A DNA stretch of 64,000 bases from Lysobacterales bacterium (GCA_037968555.1 JBBKVS010000299.1:323-64322), one strand, 5' to 3'; shown: positions 29,235-38,539, counted from the stretch's first letter. The notes: generated by a model not told the origin, from the sequence alone. A program made the numbers and translations.

Positions 29235-30230
29235 GTGAAAATTGCTGTCATCGGCGCAGGCTCCTGGGGTACTGCTCTGGCCATGCAATTGGCCAGAGGT
29301 GGCAATCAGAGCGTGTTGTGGGGACGTAGTCCCAAAGATGTCGCGCGGATGCAGCGAGAAGGCTGCAATCAACGATTTTTGCCGGGCATCAGCTTTCCAC
29401 CAGGGCTGCAAGTCAACGACGACTTGCAGCACTCGGTACAGCAAGCAGATGAAGTATTACTGGCGGTTCCCAGCCATGCTTTTGCTGAGGTGCTGGCCAA
29501 AGTCTACCCGGAGTTACGGCCAGGACAGGGCATAGCCTGGGCGTGCAAAGGATTGCAACCTGGCACCGGTCGACTGCTACACCAGGCTGCACGGGATGTA
29601 TTGGGTGATGAGCGCCCTTTAGCGGTGGTCACCGGTCCTTCCTTCGCCATAGAAGTCGCAAAAGAACTACCCACTGCAGTGACGGTCGCAGGAACAGAAC
29701 AGAACTTCTGTCGCAAAATAGCGCAGTCCTTGCACAGTGGAAATTTTCGCGCTTATACCAGTGATGACATTGTTGGCGCAGAACTCGGGGGCGCTGTCAA
29801 AAACGTGTTGGCAGTGGCCACGGGAATTTCTGATGGTATGGGTCTGGGTAACAACGCCCGTGCGGCCCTGGTTACCCGTGGTATGGCCGAAATGTTGCGC
29901 TTGGGTCGTACGCTCAAAGCCAACGAGAAAACCCTGATTGGATTGGCTGGTATGGGCGATTTGGTGCTGACATGCACCGGCGATCTGTCACGCAACCGGC
30001 GGCTGGGACTGGATCTCGGAGCGGGTAAAAGCCTGGCAGACAGCCTGCGTGACATCGGCCAGGTAGTGGAGGGCGTCAGTACTTCTGAAGAAATCTGGCG
30101 CATGGCGCAACGGCATGGCGTCGATATGCCCATATCCGAGCAGGTTTACGGCATCATCCACCAGGGCCGCAGTCCCGAGCAATGCGTCCGGGATTTATTG
30201 GCACGAGAGCAGAAACCCGAAACCCTGTAG
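29235..30230 (+). CDS. gpsA: NAD(P)H-dependent glycerol-3-phosphate dehydrogenase
   Basis: GTG start. Rossmann motif IAVIGAGSWGTALA. GpsA-like throughout. Confidence 0.92.
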   Translation: MKIAVIGAGSWGTALAMQLARGGNQSVLWGRSPKDVARMQREGCNQRFLPGISFPPGLQVNDDLQHSVQQADEVLLAVPSHAFAEVLAKVYPELRPGQGIAWACKGLQPGTGRLLHQAARDVLGDERPLAVVTGPSFAIEVAKELPTAVTVAGTEQNFCRKIAQSLHSGNFRAYTSDDIVGAELGGAVKNVLAVATGISDGMGLGNNARAALVTRGMAEMLRLGRTLKANEKTLIGLAGMGDLVLTCTGDLSRNRRLGLDLGAGKSLADSLRDIGQVVEGVSTSEEIWRMAQRHGVDMPISEQVYGIIHQGRSPEQCVRDLLAREQKPETL

Positions 30231-30318
30231 GCACAAGGCAACGCTGAATTCTTCAGTTGTTTTCCTGGAGATTTTGGGTTTGTTCGACCGAGGCTTCCAC
30301 GGCCAACCATACTTCGTA

Positions 30319-30795
30319 TCAGGATTTTCCCGACTCAAGTCCCGCAAAATCTGCCTGCCGCAGCGCCTCATACAGCGCCACTGCAACGGTATTGGACAGG
30401 TTCAGACTGCGACTGTTGGCCTGCATGGGTAAACGCAATACACGCTCATCTCCAATATTGTTCAGTAGTTCAGTCGGCAGCCCGCGGCTTTCCGGGCCAA
30501 ACAACAGGCCGTCATCCGCCTGGAAAGTGACCTGGTCATAGCGCCGTTTGCCTTTGGTGGAAAAGGCCCACAAGGGTTTCTGCGTGTGCTGCTGGTAATA
30601 GTCCTGCCAACTTTCATATAGCTGCACTCGAGCCATATCGTGATAGTCCAGCCCGGCACGACGCAGCTGAGCGTCTTCCAGTTTGAAACCACAGGGGCCA
30701 ATCAAATGCAGCCGAGCGGCCGTATTGGCGCAAAGTCGGATGATGTTGCCGGTATTGGGCGGTATTTCTGGTTGATACAGGATGATGTCGAACAT
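30319..30795 (-). CDS. trmL: tRNA (cytidine/uridine-2'-O-)-methyltransferase TrmL (SpoU family)
   Basis: ATG at 30795 gives MFDIILYQPEIPPNTGNIIRLC, the canonical TrmL N-terminus. The longer ORF from 30852 adds non-homologous residues. Confidence 0.88.
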   Translation of the reverse strand: MFDIILYQPEIPPNTGNIIRLCANTAARLHLIGPCGFKLEDAQLRRAGLDYHDMARVQLYESWQDYYQQHTQKPLWAFSTKGKRRYDQVTFQADDGLLFGPESRGLPTELLNNIGDERVLRLPMQANSRSLNLSNTVAVALYEALRQADFAGLESGKS

Positions 30796-31012
30796 GAACG
30801 GAAGACTGCCACGAGTACCAAGCAAAAAGCGAGAAATTAAGGAAACAAGCAATTAGCCAGATTTGCGATAAAGCGAAACGGCTCAACCACGCGAAATTTA
30901 CCGGGCGAGGCGTAAAGTCTATCGCATAAGAATTGAGCAGAAGTTGTGCATCCTCATGAAATATATAAGAAAAATATAGAAATGCAAACATTTGGTCTGC
31001 TTAGAAATACAA

Positions 31013-31039
31013 TTGACAGTCTCGGGGTGTGGGTATATT
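31013..31039 (+). promoter_or_regulatory. Candidate sigma-70 promoter of nrdJ
   Basis: TTGACA (31013-31018) and TATATT (31034-31039). The 15-bp spacer is short. AT-rich context about 100 nt upstream of nrdJa. Confidence 0.35.
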
Positions 31040-31053
31040 GTTTACACCCGCTG

Positions 31054-31101
31054 ACACAACATCTTGTGTCCGAAAAAGAAGAAGAGCACAATGACTTGTG
31101 C
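31054..31101 (+). promoter_or_regulatory. Tandem NrdR boxes
   Basis: ACACAACATCTTGTGT (31054-31069) and GCACAATGACTTGTGC (31086-31101). Both are 16-bp palindromes of the acaCwAtATaTwGtgt type, with centres 32 bp apart, immediately upstream of an RNR gene. Confidence 0.7.
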
Positions 31102-31138
31102 CCTTTAATAAATAAAACCAAATAATTAGACGGTAAAA

Positions 31139-33289
31139 GTGATGAGCAGCGTTCAGGCCGAGGCGATTGACATTGATTCACAAGACATTCCCTTACAGGA
31201 AGCATCTCTCGACATCTGGGACAAGAAGTACCGGCTGAAGTCCAAAACGGGTGAATTCGTCGATGCAAATATTGATGACACGTTCAAGCGCGTAGCCAAA
31301 GCCATTGCCGATGTAGAACCCAGCGAAGAAAAGCGTGATCGTTGGTATGGCGAGTTTCTTTGGGCCTTGCGACGTGGCGCCATTCCGGCAGGCCGTATTA
31401 CTTCCAATGCAGGTGCTCAGGCGCATAAGCCTGCTACATCAACTATCAACTGTACTGTGTCGGGCACCATTACCGACTCCATGAATGGCATCCTCGAAAA
31501 AGTGCATGAGGCCGGGCTGACGCTGAAGGCCGGCTGCGGTATTGGTTATGAATTTTCAACATTGCGCCCCAAGGGTGCCTATGTATCCGGTGCGGGTGCC
31601 TATACATCGGGTCCACTGAGCTTTATGGACATCTATGACAAGATGTGTTTTACCGTTTCTTCAGCCGGTGGCCGGCGCGGTGCACAGATGGCCACTTTTG
31701 AAATTGGCCATCCTGATGTAATGGAGTTCATCCGCGCCAAGCGCGAAGATGGCCGATTACGCCAGTTCAATTGCTCTTTGTTGATTACCGACGAATTCAT
31801 CCGCGCCGTAGAAAATAATGCAACCTGGTCGCTGGCCTTTCCCATCAATGAGCACGAAGCGCAGGAACTGGATCTGCAAAGCCCGGATCAAGTGTTGTGG
31901 CGCGAATGGCCACAATCCGAAGGTTACGTCACGCGAGAAGATGGTCTGGTGGCCTGCCGCATTTACAAAACCATTCCCGCGAGGCGTTTATGGGACATGA
32001 TCATGTCCTCTACCTATGATTTTGCTGAGCCCGGTTTCATCCTGGTCGATCGCATCAACGAGATGAACAACAATTGGTTTTGTGAAAACATCCGCGCCAC
32101 CAACCCCTGTGGTGAACAGCCTCTGCCGCCTTATGGAGCCTGCTTGTTGGGTTCGATCAATCTCACCCGTTTTGTTGAGCAACCGTTCACAGAGCAGGCC
32201 AGTTTTAACTGGGACGCTTATCGCAAAGTCGTGCGCATATTTACCCGTATGCTGGATAACGTGGTTGAAATCAATGGTTTGCCCTTGGGCAAACAAAGAG
32301 ACGAAATTAAGCGTAAGCGCAGGCATGGCATGGGGTTCCTGGGCTTGGGTTCTACTCTCAGCCTGATGGGTATGCGCTATGGTTCGGCGGATTCGTTGGA
32401 GTTCACTGAACGCGTATCGCGCGAAATGGCGCTGGCAGGCTGGGAAGAAGGCCTGGAACTGAGTCGCGAGCGTGGTGCGGCTCCGATCATGAATGAAATG
32501 TTTACCGTCGACGGTGGCATGCTGCGCCGTCGGCCGGAAATGCTGGACGATGGATACAAAGTGGGCGATCAGGTGCCTGGCAAACTGCTACACGCCCGTT
32601 ACAGCCGATATATGCAGCGGCTGGCAGAACATGCCCCGGAGCTGGTCAAGGCGTTGAGTGAAGAGGGTGCACGTTTTACGCATCATTCATCCATAGCCCC
32701 GACCGGAACGATTTCTTTGTCCCTGGGTAACAATGTTTCCAATGGAATAGAGCCCAGCTTTGCCCACCATTACAGTCGTAACGTGATTCGTGAAGGCCGT
32801 AAGAGCAAGGAAAAAGTTGAGGTGTTCAGCTACGAATTATTGGCCTATCGGCACTTGGTCAACCAGCGCGCCATGCCTTATGCAACAGATGAAGACAGCA
32901 AGTTGCCGGAATATTTTCTCACGGCAGAGGACATCTTGCCCAGCCAGCATGTGGATATCCAGGCAGCGGCACAGAAATGGATTGATTCTTCCATTTCCAA
33001 GACGGCCAATGTGCCTACCGATTTTCCTTACGAGCAATTCAAAGATATTTATATGTATGCCCATCGCAGCGGTTTGAAAGGCTGCACCACCTTCCGCTTT
33101 AATCCAGAGGCTTTCCAGGGCGTGTTGGTACAAGAGCGCGATCTGGAAAATACCACTTATCGCTTTGTGCTGGATGATGGCGAGGTAGTAGAGTTGAAGG
33201 GCAACGAAGAAATTGAATACGACGGTGAAATGCATACTGCCGCCAACCTGTTTGACGCGCTCAAGGAAGGTTATTACGGAAAGTTTTAA
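31139..33289 (+). CDS. nrdJ: Adenosylcobalamin-dependent (class II) ribonucleotide reductase, large N-terminal fragment NrdJa
   Basis: 716 aa. Active-site NPCGEQPL, TISLSLGNNVSNGIEP, and an RNR barrel throughout. GTG 31139 or ATG 31142. Confidence 0.9.
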   Translation: MMSSVQAEAIDIDSQDIPLQEASLDIWDKKYRLKSKTGEFVDANIDDTFKRVAKAIADVEPSEEKRDRWYGEFLWALRRGAIPAGRITSNAGAQAHKPATSTINCTVSGTITDSMNGILEKVHEAGLTLKAGCGIGYEFSTLRPKGAYVSGAGAYTSGPLSFMDIYDKMCFTVSSAGGRRGAQMATFEIGHPDVMEFIRAKREDGRLRQFNCSLLITDEFIRAVENNATWSLAFPINEHEAQELDLQSPDQVLWREWPQSEGYVTREDGLVACRIYKTIPARRLWDMIMSSTYDFAEPGFILVDRINEMNNNWFCENIRATNPCGEQPLPPYGACLLGSINLTRFVEQPFTEQASFNWDAYRKVVRIFTRMLDNVVEINGLPLGKQRDEIKRKRRHGMGFLGLGSTLSLMGMRYGSADSLEFTERVSREMALAGWEEGLELSRERGAAPIMNEMFTVDGGMLRRRPEMLDDGYKVGDQVPGKLLHARYSRYMQRLAEHAPELVKALSEEGARFTHHSSIAPTGTISLSLGNNVSNGIEPSFAHHYSRNVIREGRKSKEKVEVFSYELLAYRHLVNQRAMPYATDEDSKLPEYFLTAEDILPSQHVDIQAAAQKWIDSSISKTANVPTDFPYEQFKDIYMYAHRSGLKGCTTFRFNPEAFQGVLVQERDLENTTYRFVLDDGEVVELKGNEEIEYDGEMHTAANLFDALKEGYYGKF

Positions 33290-33757
33290 ATGCTGTACCC
33301 GAAAAAGAGACCCAAAAAGTATATTAAGAAAATCGTGGATTGAAGCTGGGACCAAACAACGGAGGTGTACCGAAGTACATGGAAGTGCACCTAGTAAAAT
33401 AATAATAAACTACCAGGGATAAAGTGGCGGCGAGGGATTTTGGGAAACCGCCGGTCTGAGGGAGTTGAATGGTACAGGGACGTACGCTTTTTTTGGGTTA
33501 CAGAAACAGAATTACAGGCTCATACCTGGCCAGAGCTCCATGCCTGGCCAGGAATAGCCGGAGAGGATTGGGGAACGCCGAAGGACCGCCACCAACAGGG
33601 AGTAGTGGCGAGATTTGATTCAAAAGCCCGGCGTCTCCCGATAGAATAATAAAGCCAGGCCAAGCCAAGACTGGCAAGAGTCGGCAAGCAAGTGTTTCAA
33701 ACTCTTGCTGTTCGACGGGCGCAATCATTAAACCCACAAATTCAGGTTCAGAGCATT
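33290..33757 (+). other. 468-nt non-coding, hairpin-rich spacer between nrdJa and nrdJb
   Basis: Five stops in the nrdJ frame and no credible ORF. Several 7-8-bp stems, including mutually exclusive GTGGCG/CGCCAC pairings. T7 run at 33488-33494. 9-bp direct repeat AATAATAAA at 33401-33409 and 33645-33653. Confidence 0.6.
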
Positions 33758-34483
33758 ATGAGCACCAGGATCGATAGAAAAATAGTCGGCTACGAAGTGG
33801 TCAGGAAAGAAGAGGAAGCAGCGGCTAAAGCAGCAGCCGTGGCGGCAAAGGAAGAGCGACAGAAAGCCAAGATCATTCGCATGACCGAACAGGTCCTGCG
33901 ACCCGAAGGTATGGACGCACTGGAAGGTTCAACTTACAAGATCAAGACACCGCTGATCGATCACGCCATGTATGTAACCATTAATGACATCATACTCAAT
34001 GCCGGCACCGAACATGAGCAAAGACGGCCATTTGAAATTTTCATCAACTCCAAAAACATGGATCATTTCCAGTGGATTGTGGCGCTGACCCGTTTGATGT
34101 CAGCCGTATTCCGTAAGGGTGGTGATGTGACTTTCCTGGCCGAAGAGTTGCAGGCGGTGTTCGACCCCAAGGGTGGCTATTTCAAGCCCGGTGGCAAATT
34201 CATGCCGTCCATCGTTGCTGAAATTGGTGCGGTCATTGAACATCATTTGCAGAAAATTGGCCTGATGGAGAAAGAAGAGCTTTCGCAGCAGCAACAACTG
34301 ATTCTGAATCAGAAGCGCGCTGAAGCAGAAGCGGCTCATGAAAACAAACAATCTGCAGCCAATGAGGAAAATGGCAGTTACCCGGCTTCAGCTACCTTGT
34401 GCAACAAGTGTAATACCAAGGCCGTGGTGAGCATGGATAATTGTGCAACTTGTCTGTCTTGCGGTTATTCCAAGTGCGGCTGA
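33758..34483 (+). CDS. nrdJ: Class II ribonucleotide reductase C-terminal fragment NrdJb
   Basis: RNR C-terminal region (YKIKTPLIDHAMYVTINDI..., PFEIFINSKN) and a Cys-rich tail CNKCNTK...CATCLSCGYSKCG. Same frame as nrdJa. The start is uncertain (ATG 33758 or GTG 33692) and both have weak SDs. Confidence 0.8.
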   Translation: MSTRIDRKIVGYEVVRKEEEAAAKAAAVAAKEERQKAKIIRMTEQVLRPEGMDALEGSTYKIKTPLIDHAMYVTINDIILNAGTEHEQRRPFEIFINSKNMDHFQWIVALTRLMSAVFRKGGDVTFLAEELQAVFDPKGGYFKPGGKFMPSIVAEIGAVIEHHLQKIGLMEKEELSQQQQLILNQKRAEAEAAHENKQSAANEENGSYPASATLCNKCNTKAVVSMDNCATCLSCGYSKCG

Positions 34484-34667
34484 GAACTACCTGATCGGAC
34501 TACCGCGTCCAGGACATCTATACCAAGCCCGGCCAGAATATAGCCTCCAGTCACGGGCGGATTCATCACGACGACTCCCTCGCAATTAAGCTGACACACC
34601 AGCACCAAAGCAAAAAAATCTGCTGCTGTAGGTTTCCTTCCATAGCATCCTGTGCCAGATTAGGCAT

Positions 34668-35558
34668 ATGACAGATCATAACTTGCTGTTACCTCTGCTT
34701 TGGGTGCTGCCCCTGGCCGTATCGGTACTTTACGTAGGTTCTCCGCGATTCCTCGGCACTCAAGCTGCCAGGCGCGTCGGAAATCTGCTCAAATCTGGCT
34801 TGGACACTCGTCGCTATACCACGCTCAGCAACCTCAAACTGTCTTTGGCTGGACGGATTGTGGATTTCGATCATATCGTGGTTTCACAAGCCGGCATTTT
34901 TGTGATTGATGCGCTGCATTTGCCAGGAGCTGTTTCCGGTTCACGGGTGCAGGCCCAATGGAAGCGCAAGGGCTGGCAGCGCACTTATCGTTTCGATAAC
35001 CCGGTGCATGAAAATTTTCTGCGTCTGCAGGCCCTGCAAAGAGCATTGGATTTGCCCAGGAACAGCTTTCACCCATTGGTGGTGCTTGCTGGCCACAAGG
35101 GGATCAAGACTGACGCCGGTGATGTTGTGCTTGAAGTGAAATCAATGTGCAGGAATATAAATAGTCAGTCACGTCAGTTACTGAACCAGGAGCAGACCAG
35201 TCAAGCTTTGTTGAACATTCAACAGCTATGTATTCAACCCGGATTACTGGGCCATCACAGTCGCTGGAAAATAATCCGCCTGGGCCTGCTGGCCTGTTTA
35301 TGCATGGCTGTCTATCTGGCCTATGGTGAACAACTGCGCCAGCTGCAACAGAAAATCAGGGTCAGTATCCAGGGGCCAGCAGCTGCTGGTGCCATGGATG
35401 AACTAACGCGACAACAGCTGTGGGAGGACAGTCTGATTTGCAGCTATTCCATTGATACCGGTCGCTGTGCCTGTTACCAGGCCGATGGTCAAAAAGCCCA
35501 AATAGATCCGGCTAGCTGCAAAACTTTGGCTGAAAAAGGCTCCGTTCTGCAGCAATGA
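34668..35558 (+). CDS. NERD-domain membrane protein
   Basis: N-terminal TM. NERD-like core DFDHIVVSQAGIFVIDALHLPG...WKRKGWQRTYRFDNPVHEN. A second TM and a Cys-containing C-terminal region. Confidence 0.6.
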   Translation: MTDHNLLLPLLWVLPLAVSVLYVGSPRFLGTQAARRVGNLLKSGLDTRRYTTLSNLKLSLAGRIVDFDHIVVSQAGIFVIDALHLPGAVSGSRVQAQWKRKGWQRTYRFDNPVHENFLRLQALQRALDLPRNSFHPLVVLAGHKGIKTDAGDVVLEVKSMCRNINSQSRQLLNQEQTSQALLNIQQLCIQPGLLGHHSRWKIIRLGLLACLCMAVYLAYGEQLRQLQQKIRVSIQGPAAAGAMDELTRQQLWEDSLICSYSIDTGRCACYQADGQKAQIDPASCKTLAEKGSVLQQ

Positions 35559-35590
35559 ACCGGCTTGTTCCAGGCTCAGGTCGATCTGGA

Positions 35591-37003
35591 TTAAGGTTGG
35601 CTCAGTTTTTTCAACATCTGGTACCAGAACTCCGCACCAGCATGAAATTCCGCAATGCCGATTTTTTCGTCCAATCCATGAGCACGTATATCGCCCGGCC
35701 GCATAAACCAACCGGCGACTCCGAATACCGGTATGCCGGCATTGCGCACAAACAAACCATCGGTTGCGCCGGTAGACATTTCCGGAATCACCGGCACACC
35801 CGGCCAGTGTTGTTCTACCAGTTGTTCCAGTGATTCCTGCAGCGCCGCAGGCATGACTGAGGCTGGGCTGGGTTTGGCGTCATAGATCGAACTGATCTTG
35901 ACTGCGGGGTCATTAATCAATTCAGCCAGCTTGGCGCGAACCTCAGTCGGGTCAGTGCCGGGCAGAATGCGGCAATTTACGGTAGCCGTGGCATCGCGGG
36001 GCAGGGCGTTCTCGGCGTGCCCGCCTTTCAACCCGGTGGGTATACAGGTGGTTCGCAGAATGGCATTGATATACGGGTCCTGCGACAAGCGTGCCGCCGC
36101 TTCCGGATTAAAGTTTTCGCGCGACATTTCCGCCATATCGGCAGCCCGCTGTCCCTTGTTCAGTTCTGCAGTGCGGGCAAACATCAGCCGGGTATTGGCC
36201 GAAACCCTCACCGGAAACTGGTAGCTGGCAATATTAACCAACGCCTGGGCCAGCTCGGATATCGCGTTCTCCGGGCGTGGAATGGAGCTGTGTCCGCCGG
36301 GGTTGCTGGTGGTCAGTAAATAGGTCTGATAAACCTTTTCACTGGTTTGCACGCTGACTGACAGTGGATTGAAATCTTCATCGTATTCCCCACCACCGGC
36401 ATCCGTGTTCAAGGCAAATTCGGCATCGACCAATTCCCTCGCTTGGGTGGCCATCCAGTCGGCAACCTTGCCTGCCGTCTCTTCATCCCCGGTGATCATC
36501 ATGATCAGGTCACGATTGGGTACAAAGCCTTCTTGCTGCAGGCGGATAAAATTAGCCACCAGATGCGCTACTCCGGTCTTGTTGTCCTGCGTGCCTCGGC
36601 CGTAATAGTAACCGTCCTTTTTGCCAAAGCTGAAGGGTGGAAAAGCCCAGGCATCCGGATTGGCAGTCACCACATCGATGTGGGCCATAGTGAGCAAGGG
36701 GCCTTGTTCCTGTATGCCGCGCATTCTGGCGACCAGGCCGTACAAGCCTGGCTCGGGATTGACTATGACCACATCTGCCTCGGGAATGCCGGAATCAACC
36801 AGGCGTTTGGCCATGGCTTCAATGGATTTGCGCGTTTCATCCGGGCGTTTTTCGGTGGTTTCCAAGTTGACGATTTCCCGCAGAATGTCTTCTGCCAGCT
36901 GCTGGTTTGCGTTTAGGCCGGTTTCGGCTGCCTGACTGGTAGGCAGAAACAGGGTGAAGACCAGTAACAGCAATCCGCGGAATTGGGGTTTGATCAAATT
37001 CAT
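35591..37003 (-). CDS. Secreted M20/M25/M40 family metallopeptidase
   Basis: Signal peptide. M20 motifs MAHIDVV and YGRGTQDNKTG...GDEE. Confidence 0.8.
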   Translation of the reverse strand: MNLIKPQFRGLLLLVFTLFLPTSQAAETGLNANQQLAEDILREIVNLETTEKRPDETRKSIEAMAKRLVDSGIPEADVVIVNPEPGLYGLVARMRGIQEQGPLLTMAHIDVVTANPDAWAFPPFSFGKKDGYYYGRGTQDNKTGVAHLVANFIRLQQEGFVPNRDLIMMITGDEETAGKVADWMATQARELVDAEFALNTDAGGGEYDEDFNPLSVSVQTSEKVYQTYLLTTSNPGGHSSIPRPENAISELAQALVNIASYQFPVRVSANTRLMFARTAELNKGQRAADMAEMSRENFNPEAAARLSQDPYINAILRTTCIPTGLKGGHAENALPRDATATVNCRILPGTDPTEVRAKLAELINDPAVKISSIYDAKPSPASVMPAALQESLEQLVEQHWPGVPVIPEMSTGATDGLFVRNAGIPVFGVAGWFMRPGDIRAHGLDEKIGIAEFHAGAEFWYQMLKKLSQP

Positions 37004-37035
37004 TGGGGTAAAGCTCCTTATAGAAACTAAAAATT

Positions 37036-38370
37036 CTAGTCTTGAGATATTGAGCCATGCTCGTTCAGATAAGCCCAGGCCAGAGCGGTCAGTGCTTCCA
37101 CACCCAAGCCGAGACGTGATTCGTCAATAAAAAAATCCGGTGTGTGATGTGCAGCTACTTCACCGATCGGTTTACCCGGCGGTCTGCCTCCCAGGGCAAT
37201 CATGAAGCCAGGTACCTCGCGTGCGAAGAAGGAAAAATCCTCGGCGCCAGTAATGGGTTTGAGCAGGTCAACCTGTTCTTCGCCGGCTACCGCCTGCAAT
37301 ACCGGAACGCTGGCGGCAGTCAGCTCAGGATCATTGACGGTAACCGGATAAGTGGTAGAAAGCGGGATTTGAACGTCCACGTTGGCTCCCATGGATGTCG
37401 CCACGCCATCGGCAATTTCACGAATGCGCTGATGAATTTGCGCTCGCATACCTTCATCCAGAGCGCGGATGGTGCCCACCAATTCCACCGTTTCAGGAAT
37501 GATATTGGAACGGAGACCGCCGTGAATACTGCCTACGGTAACGATAGCGGGTTGCTGGGTAATTTCCAGGTTGCGGCTGACTATGGTTTGCAGGGAGTTG
37601 ATGATTTGTGCAGCCACAACTACGCTGTCCACCCCCATCCAGGGTGATGCGCCGTGAGCCTGCTTGCCGTGCACGGTGATTTTGAAATCATCTACGCTGG
37701 CGTAAAAAGGCCCGCTGACATAACCGATGTGCCCGGCCTCAAGTATCGCGCTGATATGCAAAGCGAAGGCCGCATCGACTTTTGGATTTTGCATGACATT
37801 CTCGGCAATCATCAGCTCTGCTCCTCCTTTTTCACCCATGGGCGCACCTTCCTCCGCGGGTTGAAAGACAAATTTGATGGTTCCGGGCAGCTCGTCACGC
37901 ATGCTGGCCAGGATTTGTGCAGTGGCCATCAGAATGGCTACATGGGTATCGTGACCACAGGCGTGCATGACCGGTACATCCTGGCCGTTATACTCGCCTC
38001 TGGCTATGGATTTGAAGGGCAAATCACCGCGCTCTTCAACCGGCAGGCCATCCATATCGGCTCGCAGCAGTACCACTGGACCCGGTTTGCCGCCACGAAG
38101 TATGCCTACAACACCCGTGTGAGCGATTCCGGTGGTCACCTCTATTCCCAGTGATTGTAAGTGTGCCGCGACAATTTCTGCCGTACGGAATTCCCGGTTG
38201 GATAGTTCTGGATGTTGATGGAAATCACGCCTCCAGCCAATCAATTGAGGATTCAGCTCCAGGCTCATGCTCTTGATGGTTTCCAGGGGTAATGGATCGG
38301 CCGAAGTAGTTGCACTGAGCAGTAGCAGCGGGGCGAAAATACAGGACAGGGCGTTAAAAAAGGGCTTCAC
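37036..38370 (-). CDS. Secreted M20D family amidohydrolase (hippurate hydrolase-like)
   Basis: Signal peptide. FHQHPELSNREFRT and ACGHDTH motifs typical of M20D amidohydrolases. Confidence 0.8.
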   Translation of the reverse strand: MKPFFNALSCIFAPLLLLSATTSADPLPLETIKSMSLELNPQLIGWRRDFHQHPELSNREFRTAEIVAAHLQSLGIEVTTGIAHTGVVGILRGGKPGPVVLLRADMDGLPVEERGDLPFKSIARGEYNGQDVPVMHACGHDTHVAILMATAQILASMRDELPGTIKFVFQPAEEGAPMGEKGGAELMIAENVMQNPKVDAAFALHISAILEAGHIGYVSGPFYASVDDFKITVHGKQAHGASPWMGVDSVVVAAQIINSLQTIVSRNLEITQQPAIVTVGSIHGGLRSNIIPETVELVGTIRALDEGMRAQIHQRIREIADGVATSMGANVDVQIPLSTTYPVTVNDPELTAASVPVLQAVAGEEQVDLLKPITGAEDFSFFAREVPGFMIALGGRPPGKPIGEVAAHHTPDFFIDESRLGLGVEALTALAWAYLNEHGSISQD

Positions 38371-38539
38371 TTTTCACTCCGGGCTGGACTTGGGGCGCGT
38401 TGCCACTAAGATGAGCGGGCAACAGGATTGATGAATAATAGCTCAGTTGGCTGATTGCAGTGGGCAGCCAGCGCTGCCTATGCTAAGCAATGGTGGAAGC
38501 AGAGTCCACATCGAAAGCCGAATCCCATGGAGCCAGCCA

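Noticed and set aside
33440-33649. 69-aa ORF, and a 17-codon ORF (33290-33343, MLYPKKRPKKYIKKIVD) overlapping the nrdJa stop as TAAATG, both within the nrdJ spacer
   Set aside because: The 69-aa product is Trp/Arg/Glu-rich with no SD and no family resemblance. The 17-codon peptide has no SD beyond possible termination-reinitiation and nothing to support it. I treat the spacer as non-coding.
33290-33757. Cobalamin riboswitch, mini-intein or group I intron in the nrdJ spacer
   Set aside because: I could not find the B12-box/GCCACUG core in the right order. The spacer frame has five stops and no intein blocks (no Cys/Ser start, no HN end). At 468 nt, without recognisable P7/G-site features, I cannot call a group I intron by eye. 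These remain hypotheses to test, not calls.
34528-34540. 13-mer CCCGGCCAGAATA shared between 34528-34540 and 61489-61501
   Set aside because: A single exact 13-mer match is expected by chance many times in a 64-kb window. The flanks do not align, so it is not a repeat family.
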